This document shows, in pieces, positions 27,846 to 36,700 of a stretch of 64,000 nucleotides of DNA. The position numbers and the translations under genes are program-made. Under the pieces are notes generated by a model. The model made no database searches and was not told the DNA's origin. It saw nothing but the letters and a program-made list of their open reading frames with translations. This DNA comes from an uncultured Clostridia bacterium. Its GTDB lineage: Bacteria; Bacillota; Clostridia; Oscillospirales; Acutalibacteraceae. The stretch lies in contig CAMNKJ010000001.1 in the NCBI GenBank assembly GCA_946542105.1, forward strand, positions 35,590 through 99,589, in the 5' to 3' direction. Every line of letters begins with the position of its first letter. Position 1 is the stretch's first letter.

Positions 27846-28048
27846 GGTTAATAGAAAGGGAGTGCGCTCACTCCCCTATCGAAAGGCAACACTGCGTCGT
27901 TCGATCGTGCGGTGCTGCCTGATTTTACTTTACAGGAAACTGCTTGAGTAAAAAGATTTGTATGCCCGCCCGGTTTGCAGCTGGCGCTGCAACGGGCGAT
28001 GGCGATGCGAAATGCGCGCGAAGCGCGATTTCTTGTACGGAGGACAGA

Positions 28049-28783
28049 ATGATGAGTACGGTATTGATTACGGGCGCGTCCCGAGGGATTGGCGCGCAGT
28101 GCGCCATCGCCTTCGCGAAAGCAGGCTATGATGTGGCGCTGAATTACCGCCGCAATGCGGAAATGGCGTCCGCATTGGCAAAGGAGATACAGTCATTCGG
28201 CGTCAGAGCGATTGCGGTGCAGGCGGATGTTGCCGACAGCACGCAGGTCAAGCGGATGTTTGAAGATGTCCGCGCCGAACTGGGGGCGATCAATGTTCTT
28301 GTCAATAACGCCGGTATCTCTCATGTGGGGCTGCTGACCGACATGACAGACGACGAGTGGCGGCGGCTGATCGATACCGACCTTTCGGGCACCTTTTACT
28401 GCTGCCGCGAGGCGCTCTTTGACATGATCCGAGCCCACAGCGGCGTGATCGTCAATATCGCCTCTATGTGGGGCGAGGTCGGCGCGTCCTGCGAGGCGGC
28501 GTATTCCGCCGCGAAGGCAGGCGTGATCGGACTGACAAAGGCGCTCGCCAAAGAGGTCGGCCCCTCCGGTGTGCGCGTCAACGCGGTATCGCCCGGTGTG
28601 GTGATGACCGATATGATGGCGGATTTTTCTGAGAAGGATGTTGCCGCTTTGAAGGATGACACTCCGTTGATGCGGCTCGGCTCTCCCGAGGATATCGCCG
28701 ACGCGGTGCTGTTCCTCGCGTCCGAGAAAGCCCGATTCATCACGGGACAGGTTCTTTCTGTCAACGGCGGTATGGTGATATGA
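28049..28783 (+). CDS. SDR-family oxidoreductase (FabG-like)
   Basis: TGASRGIG, NNAG, YSAAK. GGAGGA lies before the ATG at 28049. The longer track ORF is an upstream extension. Confidence 0.85.
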   Translation: MMSTVLITGASRGIGAQCAIAFAKAGYDVALNYRRNAEMASALAKEIQSFGVRAIAVQADVADSTQVKRMFEDVRAELGAINVLVNNAGISHVGLLTDMTDDEWRRLIDTDLSGTFYCCREALFDMIRAHSGVIVNIASMWGEVGASCEAAYSAAKAGVIGLTKALAKEVGPSGVRVNAVSPGVVMTDMMADFSEKDVAALKDDTPLMRLGSPEDIADAVLFLASEKARFITGQVLSVNGGMVI

Positions 28784-29613
28784 GGCGGATCAATCAGAAT
28801 AAGTCATTGCGAGATCCGTCAGGCTCGCGGCGATCTCAACCGATAAAAATACTCTCTTTCGCGCTTTTACTGCTGTGGCTCCTGCCGCTGTGCGTTTGCT
28901 CCGCGGCGGAGGATTGCTCCATCGAATACACGCCCCGATCGGAGAAAAGCGCCGTGTTCTATATCGACGTTTACAGCTACCGCGATGTGACGGCGGCGGT
29001 GTTCGAGCTGACCTTTGCCGATGATATGGCAGGCTACTACTCTGTTGCCGCCGACGATTCCGTAACGGTGCGCGATCATCCCGAAAAAGGAAAGGTCACC
29101 CTTGCGTGTGCTTCATCAACAGCGATCAGCGGCAAGCTCTGCCGCGTATCGTTCAAGGCGCTCAAGGCAGGCTCGGTCGATTTCACCCTGCATATGCTGC
29201 AGGCGGCAGACGCGGAGAAAAAGCTCTTGTCCGATTGGAGTGATCACTCATTGACCGTCAAGCTCGGCAAGGAGGATGTGGAAGCGGCTTCCAAGGTGAG
29301 CCGCACCGACGGAGCATCCTCCGCCACAGCCGCGTCCAATCGAAGCGGAAAATCCGATCTCAGCGTCGGCGAGGATGACGGAACCGATCCGTCACCGGGC
29401 TTCTTCGATCTGCGAAAGGGCGACAGCACGCTCAAGTGGATCCTGCTCGGTGCTGGCATCCCCATCCTGCTCGGCGGACTGGTGTGGCTGGGTATCCTCA
29501 TCGGCAGAAGATCGAAGGATAAAGCGAAAAAGGCAGAAGAAAAGCCCGGGGAACCTCTCCACGAGCCGGACGATCCGCCTGTGACGGAAATGGATCAAAA
29601 TAGTATGGAATAA
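28780..29613 (+). CDS. membrane-anchored protein with a possible cohesin-like beta-sandwich ectodomain
   Basis: N-terminal signal/anchor, an approximately 120-aa beta-strand-pattern segment (FYIDVYS...FELTF...VSFKALKAGSVDFTL), a C-terminal TM helix and a charged tail. ATGA coupling to the SDR gene. The fold assignment is tentative. Confidence 0.4.
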   Translation: MRRINQNKSLRDPSGSRRSQPIKILSFALLLLWLLPLCVCSAAEDCSIEYTPRSEKSAVFYIDVYSYRDVTAAVFELTFADDMAGYYSVAADDSVTVRDHPEKGKVTLACASSTAISGKLCRVSFKALKAGSVDFTLHMLQAADAEKKLLSDWSDHSLTVKLGKEDVEAASKVSRTDGASSATAASNRSGKSDLSVGEDDGTDPSPGFFDLRKGDSTLKWILLGAGIPILLGGLVWLGILIGRRSKDKAKKAEEKPGEPLHEPDDPPVTEMDQNSME

Positions 29614-29656
29614 AAACAGTGCTCTGTACCGCATGATACAGAGCACTTTGTTGTTT
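29614..29656. terminator. bidirectional terminator
   Basis: AGTGCTCTGTA / TACAGAGCACT stem with A-run and T-run flanks. Confidence 0.7.
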
Positions 29657-30252
29657 TATGCTTTGCCGGATTTCTTGACCGCCTCAATGATCTTGACAAC
29701 GATCGGGCTGAGAACCAGGTTCACGCCCAACTCGATCAGGAAGTTGACGCCGGTCAGACCCATGATGATGTAGGTCAGCAGATCGGAGCCGCCTGCCCAT
29801 GCCGCTAAAGTGTCCTTGAAGAACAAGAGCATACCGATGATAAAGATACCGGTGTTGGCGATGGGGGAGACCAGAGCCGCGATGATCACGCCGAGCAGCT
29901 GATTCTTCGGAGCGATCAGCTCGTACATCCAGCCTGCAAGGAAGCCTGCTGCCGTACCCTTGAGCATGCACATGATGACGCACAGGATGGGGTTCGCCGC
30001 CCATACCATCGCGCCGCCGACGTCACCGCCGGTGATGCACATGATCACGACGATCGCGCCGAATACCGCGCCCAGATACGCGCCTGCGCTCTTGCCGTAC
30101 ATGGCGGCGCCGACAACGATCGGGATCAGCGCTAAGGTGATCGAGAACGGTCCGAAGTGGACGAACGTGGTGAATACCTGCAGCACAATGATGATGGCTG
30201 TCAAGATACCCAAGCCCGTCAGCTTGTAGGTGTTTGTTTTTGCGTTTGACAT
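29656..30252 (-). CDS. ECF-transporter S component (substrate unknown; pantothenate suggested only by coaX adjacency)
   Basis: Six-TM small membrane protein. AGGAGG lies 7 nt before the ATG at 30252. Confidence 0.65.
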   Translation of the reverse strand: MSNAKTNTYKLTGLGILTAIIIVLQVFTTFVHFGPFSITLALIPIVVGAAMYGKSAGAYLGAVFGAIVVIMCITGGDVGGAMVWAANPILCVIMCMLKGTAAGFLAGWMYELIAPKNQLLGVIIAALVSPIANTGIFIIGMLLFFKDTLAAWAGGSDLLTYIIMGLTGVNFLIELGVNLVLSPIVVKIIEAVKKSGKA

Positions 30253-30320
30253 AAAAATACCTCCTGCTGCCTCCCTCATGATTGCCGAAAAACTTCGACG
30301 AGGTGAAGCGCATAATATAT

Positions 30321-30436
30321 GGTGAATGGTGAATGGTGAATGGTGAATGGTTGATGGAGGGCTCCGCCCTCACCTGATTTATATATGTTTTAGAAGACAT
30401 AGCATTTTCCAAATCCGTTCACGATTCTGTATTCGC
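30321..30436. repeat. heptad-armed element ((GGTGAAT)4 GGTTGAT) with hairpin GAGGG-CTCCG-CCCTC followed by ACCTGATTTA
   Basis: Same module order as 16184-16244. The degenerate opposite arm is CGTTCACG...CGCCATTAACC. Confidence 0.7.
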
Positions 30437-30438
30437 CA

Positions 30439-31209
30439 TTAACCTCTTTTGTTTTTTTCATAGATCCGGCACAGACCGTTGAGGATCAGGTTTTCATGCA
30501 GATCGATCTTGTGCTCGCAGTGTCCGACGATCGTTTTGGCAAGTCCGCCGGTGGCGATGACATGGCATTTTTGACCGAGCTCCTTTTCGATCTTGTCGAT
30601 CATGCCGTCGATCATGCACACCGTGCCCCATACCACACCGGCGCGGATACTCTTGTCGGTATTCTTACCGATCACGGATGACGGCGCCGAGAACGATACG
30701 CCCTGCAGCAGAGCGGTGTTCTTGGTCAGTGCCTCCAGCGATACGGACATACCGGGAGCGATCGGACAGCCGATCATGTTGCCGTGCTGATCGATCACGC
30801 ACCATACCGTTGCCGTTCCCATGCTGATCACGATCATGGGCGGCTTGTTGTAGGCGTTTGCCGCGACACAGGCGCAGACCAGATCGGCGCCTAAGGTGGA
30901 CGGATCGTCGATACAGATGTTCAGACCCGTCTTGACGCCGGGACCGACAATGATCGAATCAATGCCGAGGATATCGCGTACAGCGTCCTCGATGCGTGTG
31001 GTGATGAGCGGAACGACAGAGCTGATGATACAGCCGGTAAAATCATCTCGGTGGATGCCCATCACGCGGATCAGCGAGTATAGCTCCACCCCGTATTCAT
31101 CGGCGGTTTTTGCCTTGTTGCAGGAGATGGTCAGCGTGCGGATCAGCTCCCTTTGGTTGAAGATACCAAACTTGATGTTGGTATTTCCGATATCGGCAGT
31201 CAGCAACAT
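30439..31209 (-). CDS. coaX: type III pantothenate kinase
   Basis: LLTADIGNTN motif, ...ATGG, and an approximately 256-aa ASKHA fold. The start could also be the ATG at 31215. Confidence 0.88.
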   Translation of the reverse strand: MLLTADIGNTNIKFGIFNQRELIRTLTISCNKAKTADEYGVELYSLIRVMGIHRDDFTGCIISSVVPLITTRIEDAVRDILGIDSIIVGPGVKTGLNICIDDPSTLGADLVCACVAANAYNKPPMIVISMGTATVWCVIDQHGNMIGCPIAPGMSVSLEALTKNTALLQGVSFSAPSSVIGKNTDKSIRAGVVWGTVCMIDGMIDKIEKELGQKCHVIATGGLAKTIVGHCEHKIDLHENLILNGLCRIYEKNKRG

Positions 31210-31402
31210 ATACATTTCGCTCCTTTCCGATGGGATTGTATCACAATTTTTAGGTAGTTTCAATATAAATGACCGATTTTCGGCTTTTTTCACATAATGA
31301 AAAATATTTTGCGAGAAATGTGGTAAAGTATGTGTGTATTATGGAGTGGTGCGCTGTGCGCCCATTCTGCAAAATGCTGCATATTTTTGGGGAGGCATAA
31401 GG

Positions 31403-32242
31403 ATGAATCAGGCTGAAAAGAGAAATCTCGAGATTCTCGCGTGTAAGGCGAGGATGGGCGCCATCATCGGTACATTTCACGCAAAATCCGGACATCCGGG
31501 CGGATCACTGTCGGCGGCGGATATGTTCACTTATCTTTATTTTAAAGAGATGAACGTTGATCCCACTCAACCCGATTGGGCTGACAGAGACCGTTTTGTA
31601 TTATCTAAGGGTCATTGCTGTCCGAGCCTGTACGCTGTATTGGCGCTCAAGGGTTATTTTGACTGGAAAGAGCTCGAGGTGCTCCGTCATGTCGGAGCAA
31701 TGCTGCAGGGTCATCCCGATATGAAGGGCACTCCCGGTATCGATATGAGCTCCGGCTCTCTGGGGCAGGGTATAAGTGCCGCGTGCGGTATGGCGCTCTC
31801 AGCGAAGATAGATCATAAAGATTACCGTGTCTATACCGTGCTCGGCGACGGCGAGTGCGAGGAAGGCGAGGTCTGGGAGGCGGCGATGTTTGCCGGTCAC
31901 CACAACCTCGAAAACCTGACCGTCATCGTAGACTGCAACGGCTTGCAGATCGACGGCACCACCGAGGAGATCGGCGGCGTTGAACCCCTCGACAGCAAGT
32001 TCGAGTCCTTCGGCTTTGACACCGTGATCATCGACGGTCATGACTTCGATCAGATCGAAAGCGCGATGGCGCAGGCAAAAGCCTCCGACAAGCCCTTTGC
32101 GATCATCATGAAGACGATCAAGGGCAAGGGCGTTTCCTTTATGGAGAACCAGGTCGGCTGGCACGGCAAGGCGACCAACGCGGAGGAATACAAGGTAGCG
32201 ATGGCGGAGCTGGAAGCACAGCTCGCGGAATTGGAGGCGTAA
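31403..32242 (+). CDS. transketolase, N-terminal (TPP-binding) subunit
   Basis: SGHPGGSLS, GSLGQG, GDGECEEG. GGAGG RBS. Confidence 0.9.
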   Translation: MNQAEKRNLEILACKARMGAIIGTFHAKSGHPGGSLSAADMFTYLYFKEMNVDPTQPDWADRDRFVLSKGHCCPSLYAVLALKGYFDWKELEVLRHVGAMLQGHPDMKGTPGIDMSSGSLGQGISAACGMALSAKIDHKDYRVYTVLGDGECEEGEVWEAAMFAGHHNLENLTVIVDCNGLQIDGTTEEIGGVEPLDSKFESFGFDTVIIDGHDFDQIESAMAQAKASDKPFAIIMKTIKGKGVSFMENQVGWHGKATNAEEYKVAMAELEAQLAELEA

Positions 32243-32243
32243 G

Positions 32244-33188
32244 ATGGCAGAAATCATTACCAAGGCGACGCGCGAGAGCTTCGGCGAGGCGCTGTGTGAG
32301 ATAGCGCAGTCCCGTCCCGACGTCGTTGTACTGGATGCTGACCTTGCGGCGGCAACAAAAACATCTATCTTCGGTGACAAATACCCCGAGCGTTTCTTCG
32401 ACTGCGGTATCGCCGAAGCGAATATGATAGGCGTAGCGGCAGGTCTGGCGGCTTCCGGCAAGACTCCCGTAGCGGCGAGCTTTGCGATGTTCGCCACCGG
32501 CAGAGCGTTTGAGCAGATCCGCAACTCCGTTGCTTATCCAAACCTGAACGTCAAGATCGCAGGCTCCCACGCCGGTATCTCTACCGGTGAGGACGGCGCG
32601 ACCCACCAGTGTCTGGAGGATATCGGTATCATGCGTACCATCCCCGGTATGGTCGTGCTCAATCCTGCCGATCACTGGGAGATGAAGGCGGCTACCAAGG
32701 CTGCCATCGAGTATGAGGGTCCCGTTTACATCCGTCTGGGCAGACTGGCGATCGACAGCTTCAACGATCCCGAGACCTACGAGTTCCATTGGGGCAAGGG
32801 TATCACCCTGCGTGAGGGCACGGATATCACTGTCATCGCGACCGGTCTGTGCGTGCTCGAGAGCCTCAAGGCGGTCGACGAGCTCAGGAAAGAGGGCAAG
32901 AGCGTACGCCTGATCAACATCCACACCATCAAGCCCATCGACCGTGAGATCATCATCAAAGCGGCACAGGAGACCGGCAGGATCATCACTGTCGAGGAGC
33001 ACAATGTGATCGGCGGCTTGGCTGACGCGGTATGCGAGGTCACCTCCGCTGAGTGCCCCGTACCTGTTCGTAGGATCGGCGTATACGATCAATTCGGTTA
33101 CTCTGGCCCTGCCAAGGAGCTGCTGGATATCTTCGGACTTACCGCCCCGAACATCAAGAAAGTCATTCTTGAGGAATTAGAGAAATAA
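32244..33188 (+). CDS. transketolase, C-terminal (pyrimidine-binding) subunit
   Basis: FDCGIAEANM, THQCLEDI, 314 aa. Confidence 0.9.
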   Translation: MAEIITKATRESFGEALCEIAQSRPDVVVLDADLAAATKTSIFGDKYPERFFDCGIAEANMIGVAAGLAASGKTPVAASFAMFATGRAFEQIRNSVAYPNLNVKIAGSHAGISTGEDGATHQCLEDIGIMRTIPGMVVLNPADHWEMKAATKAAIEYEGPVYIRLGRLAIDSFNDPETYEFHWGKGITLREGTDITVIATGLCVLESLKAVDELRKEGKSVRLINIHTIKPIDREIIIKAAQETGRIITVEEHNVIGGLADAVCEVTSAECPVPVRRIGVYDQFGYSGPAKELLDIFGLTAPNIKKVILEELEK

Positions 33189-33200
33189 TAAGCGTAACAT

Positions 33201-33226
33201 AGCCCGCCTTTTCGGCGGGCTTCTCT
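33201..33226 (+). terminator. rho-independent terminator
   Basis: AGCCCGCC-TTTTC-GGCGGGCT followed by TCTCT. Confidence 0.55.
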
Positions 33227-33264
33227 ATAGGCTTCCTTAGGGTGGCTTTCGATAGGAGTATATC

Positions 33265-34209
33265 ATGAAAGTTTTACTGATAATGACCGGCGGCACGATC
33301 GGTTCGTCCTTTGACGGCGACAGCATCAATGTGCGCGCGGACGGCAAAAGCGAGGTCGTTGACCGCTATTTGTCGGAACACAAAGATGTAACGTTTGATA
33401 CGGTTCATCCGCTGAACATCCTCAGCGAAAGCATTACGTGTCGTGATTGCAATACACTGGCAAAGGCGCTGTTCGACGTCGATCCTGCCGCTTATGACGG
33501 CGTGATCGTCACGGCTGGCAGCGACAGCCTCGCCTATCTTGCGTCCTTTGTCGGGCTGCTGCTCGGCGGCTGTCCGATCCCCGTGATGATCGTCGCGGCG
33601 AACAAGATCCTGACCGCGTCCGACAGCAACGGATACGCGAACTTCTCCTGTGCCGTTGATCTGATCAGGCAGGGGACATGCGGCATCATGGTGCCGTATC
33701 GCAACACGGACGGCGTGATGTATGTGCATGCCGCCACCGATCTCAGGCAGGCGGATTATTGTGATGATTTCGACAGCTTCCACGGCGCTTACGGCGTGTT
33801 TGAAAACGGCGTTTTGCATGAGAAGCGTTCCTATATCGCGCAGCAGATCCCACGGGTGTTCGACCGCTGCCATCTGCCGCGGCTCAGCGACAATGTCCTG
33901 ATGCTGACACCGTATCCCATGCAGGCTTATACGAGGATCAACACGGACGGCGTGAGGGCGGTATTGCACACGTTGTATCACAGCGCGACCTTGGATGCCG
34001 ATCCTTTTGTTCCGTGGATGAAAGCGCATCACGAGATCCCTGTATTCCTCGCGCCGCTCCACAGCGGCAGAAAGCGCTATCAAACCACGGTGGACGCGAT
34101 CGGCGCAGGCGCGATCCCACTCACTGATATCGCCCCCGAGTGCGCGTATATGAAGCTCCTGCTCGCCTGCGCGCAGGAGAAAATGAGCATACAGGCGTTT
34201 ATGCAATAA
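33265..34209 (+). CDS. asparaginase-domain protein
   Basis: N-terminal LIMTGGTIGS threonine motif and GSDSLAY. Confidence 0.7.
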   Translation: MKVLLIMTGGTIGSSFDGDSINVRADGKSEVVDRYLSEHKDVTFDTVHPLNILSESITCRDCNTLAKALFDVDPAAYDGVIVTAGSDSLAYLASFVGLLLGGCPIPVMIVAANKILTASDSNGYANFSCAVDLIRQGTCGIMVPYRNTDGVMYVHAATDLRQADYCDDFDSFHGAYGVFENGVLHEKRSYIAQQIPRVFDRCHLPRLSDNVLMLTPYPMQAYTRINTDGVRAVLHTLYHSATLDADPFVPWMKAHHEIPVFLAPLHSGRKRYQTTVDAIGAGAIPLTDIAPECAYMKLLLACAQEKMSIQAFMQ

Positions 34210-34367
34210 AAGCCTTCCCCTTGAGGGGAAGGGGGACCGCTTGCGGTGGATGAGGTGGAAGCGTTTCTGTCTCATCCCGTTTACTGATTGATTGGATAGG
34301 TTTTCACCTCATCCGACCAATTTGCCTTAGTCGGCAAATTGCCCACCTTCCCCTCAAGGGGAAGGCT
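34209..34367. repeat. long imperfect palindrome built of mini-hairpins
   Basis: CCTTCCCC-TTGA-GGGGAAGG sits at both ends. GGATGAGGTG / CACCTCATCC is nested inside. The inner hairpins differ (ACCGC-TTG-CGGT versus CAATTTGCC..GGCAAATTG). Confidence 0.75.
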
Positions 34368-34394
34368 GTACATCACTGTAACAATGGAGGAAAC

Positions 34395-35288
34395 ATGAAG
34401 AAAAAACTTGCGGTCTTCTTTGTGCTGCTTGCCGGCACATTATGGGGTTGTATCGGCATTTTTGTGCGGAGGTATAACGAAATGGGGCTGAGCTCCATGC
34501 AGACCGTCGCCGTGCGTATGGTGATCGCGGCTGTGCTGTTCTCGCTGTTTGTGCTGATCTACAAACGAAGGTTATTTATCATTCGTCTGAAAGATATTTG
34601 GATTTTCATCGGCTCGGGCGTAATCAGTGTCGGGCTGTTTACTTACTGCTATTTTTCTTCAATAGAATTAAGTTCATTGTCTGTCGCGGCAGTTTTACTC
34701 TATACCGCGCCGGCGTTCGTCATGCTGTTCTCGCTGATCTTCTTTAAAGAGAAAATGACGATCCCCAAGGCGATCTCACTGGTGCTGGCGGTCTTGGGCT
34801 GCGCCATGACGACGGGTGTGATCGGCGGAACGCTCAGCGTCACTCTCCTTGGATTCCTCTTCGGACTGGGCTCGGGGATATGCTACGCGCTGTATTCGAT
34901 CTTCTCACGATTCGCGCTGAACAGAGGTTATGAGCCGTTCACCATCACGCTGTATACCTTTTTGTTCTCGGCTATATTTTGCCTGTGCGTGACGGACGTC
35001 CGCCCTGTCGTCAGGGTGGTGTTTGCCGATGGGGGCAGTGCAGGCTACGCGCTGTTGTTCGCGCTGGTATCCTGCGTGCTGCCGTATGTGTTCTATACGC
35101 TCGGGCTCAAGTACATCAAATCGAGCACTGCGTCCATCATCGCGACGGTCGAGCCTGTGGTGGCGACGATCATCGGCGCGGCGGTATTCAGCGAACCGCT
35201 CAATGTCCCCTTCGGCTATCTGGGCGTCGCACTGGTGTTCCTGTCCGTTGTGCTGATCAACATCAAGCTCCCCTCAAAAACAAAATAA
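34395..35288 (+). CDS. EamA/DMT-family transporter
   Basis: Ten TM segments arranged as two EamA repeats. Confidence 0.85.
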   Translation: MKKKLAVFFVLLAGTLWGCIGIFVRRYNEMGLSSMQTVAVRMVIAAVLFSLFVLIYKRRLFIIRLKDIWIFIGSGVISVGLFTYCYFSSIELSSLSVAAVLLYTAPAFVMLFSLIFFKEKMTIPKAISLVLAVLGCAMTTGVIGGTLSVTLLGFLFGLGSGICYALYSIFSRFALNRGYEPFTITLYTFLFSAIFCLCVTDVRPVVRVVFADGGSAGYALLFALVSCVLPYVFYTLGLKYIKSSTASIIATVEPVVATIIGAAVFSEPLNVPFGYLGVALVFLSVVLINIKLPSKTK

Positions 35289-35432
35289 GCAAAATAGCGC
35301 CTCCTTAGGGTACGGCATTTATGACATACCGAGAATGACGGGCGTTTCTGCTGTTGGAAATGTCTGATAGAGTCCGGACGTTTCAGCCATACAAAAGGTT
35401 TTCTCTTGCTCTATAATTCCGTTGTGACATAA

Positions 35433-35462
35433 CAAAAACCTCCCGTCTTGGGAGGTTTTCTC
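35433..35462. terminator. bidirectional terminator
   Basis: AAAACCTCCC-GTCTT-GGGAGGTTTT. Confidence 0.75.
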
Positions 35463-35469
35463 ATTCACC

Positions 35470-36351
35470 TTACTTTTTATAGATCTCCGCGATGGGTGCT
35501 TCTTCCTGATAGATCTTGACGTACTCGCTCGGAGCACAGCCGTACACGCTCTTGAACACCGTGATGAAGCTCTTCACGCTCGGGAAGCCGTTGTCCAGCG
35601 AGGCACGTGTCTCACTCATGCCGTTTTGCTGAATATCGATCAGCGTGTTCTCCAGTCGCACGGAGTTGAGATAGTTCTTGAACGTCTTGCCCGTCATCGC
35701 CGAAAAATAGCGCGAGAAGTAGGTCGGGGTCAATCCGACAAAGGAGCTGATCTCCTCAAGGGTGATCCGCTCGCGGTAATTGTCCTTGATGTAGTCGATC
35801 GCCTTGGCGATGTAATCGGGGCCGTTCTCATTGCGAATCACATCGGGGTCGAGCTCGCGCGGCTCCCTGCACTTGGTGAACAGATGCATCAGGATCTGTG
35901 CCATCGCGCAGGACATCTTGAGCTTAGAGAACTCCGACGGATTCTCCGCCTCAAATACCAGCGCCTTGAGCAGATCGCGCACACGGGCACGCGTCTGTTC
36001 ATTCTTGTTGACGTCAAAATAGTAATTGTCGAAATCGGGGAAATACGACTTGATGTAATTGTAGGAGAACAGCACCACCAGATACTTGACAGGCTCATCG
36101 GGCACCTTGCCGCAGGTCTGGTGCACATCCTCGCTGTTGATCAGGATGTAATCTCCGCCGTAAAGATCCTTGTCCTCACCGCCGAGATTCGTCCACATAC
36201 AGCCGCGGATGATATAATCGATCTCGAGATTCTTGTGCCAGTGCTTGTTGGTGAAGCAATCACGACCGGGTTTTTCATACAACATCACTTTACCCGGCAG
36301 ATTGTCATCCGCAGTCACGATCTCATACTTTCCCTTATAGTTAGCGGCCAT
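35470..36351 (-). CDS. AraC-family transcriptional regulator (cupin N-domain)
   Basis: C-terminal dual HTH (ISSFVGLTPTYFSRYF...). GAGGTGA lies before the ATG at 36351. The track ORF N-extension runs through the hairpin train. Confidence 0.85.
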   Translation of the reverse strand: MAANYKGKYEIVTADDNLPGKVMLYEKPGRDCFTNKHWHKNLEIDYIIRGCMWTNLGGEDKDLYGGDYILINSEDVHQTCGKVPDEPVKYLVVLFSYNYIKSYFPDFDNYYFDVNKNEQTRARVRDLLKALVFEAENPSEFSKLKMSCAMAQILMHLFTKCREPRELDPDVIRNENGPDYIAKAIDYIKDNYRERITLEEISSFVGLTPTYFSRYFSAMTGKTFKNYLNSVRLENTLIDIQQNGMSETRASLDNGFPSVKSFITVFKSVYGCAPSEYVKIYQEEAPIAEIYKK

Positions 36352-36394
36352 GATCTCACCTCGCTTTATGATCACAAAGTCATTGCAAAGCCCA

Positions 36395-36560
36395 AGGCTC
36401 CCTTTCCTAAGGTACCCCCGTTGGGGGAATGTCCGAAGGACAAGGGGAGATTCCCCTGTTAGGGGAAATGTCCGCGTAGCGGACAAAAGGGTCTGCTGTC
36501 TTCGCAGAAGAAGCCGCTTCCGACGAGGAGGCTGTCTGCAAGGCAGACTGAGGGTTGCTT
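36395..36560. repeat. train of GC mini-hairpins with a tandem unit [CCCC-loop-GGGG]AAATG[TCCG..GGAC]AA
   Basis: Hairpins are CCCCCGTTGGGGG, GTCCGAAGGAC, GGGGAGATTCCCC, CCCCTGTTAGGGG, GTCCGCGTAGCGGAC and GTCTGCAAGGCAGAC. Confidence 0.7.
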
Positions 36561-36700
36561 CGTAGTGTAACATTCTCTGCAAACGATACTGACTTTTTCA
36601 TATCTGTATTTTACCATATTTTGTCACAATAGTCAAATTTTATCTTGAATCGGCGCTTTTGATATTGTATAGTAATAGAGGAAAGGTTTGGGGTGAACAT

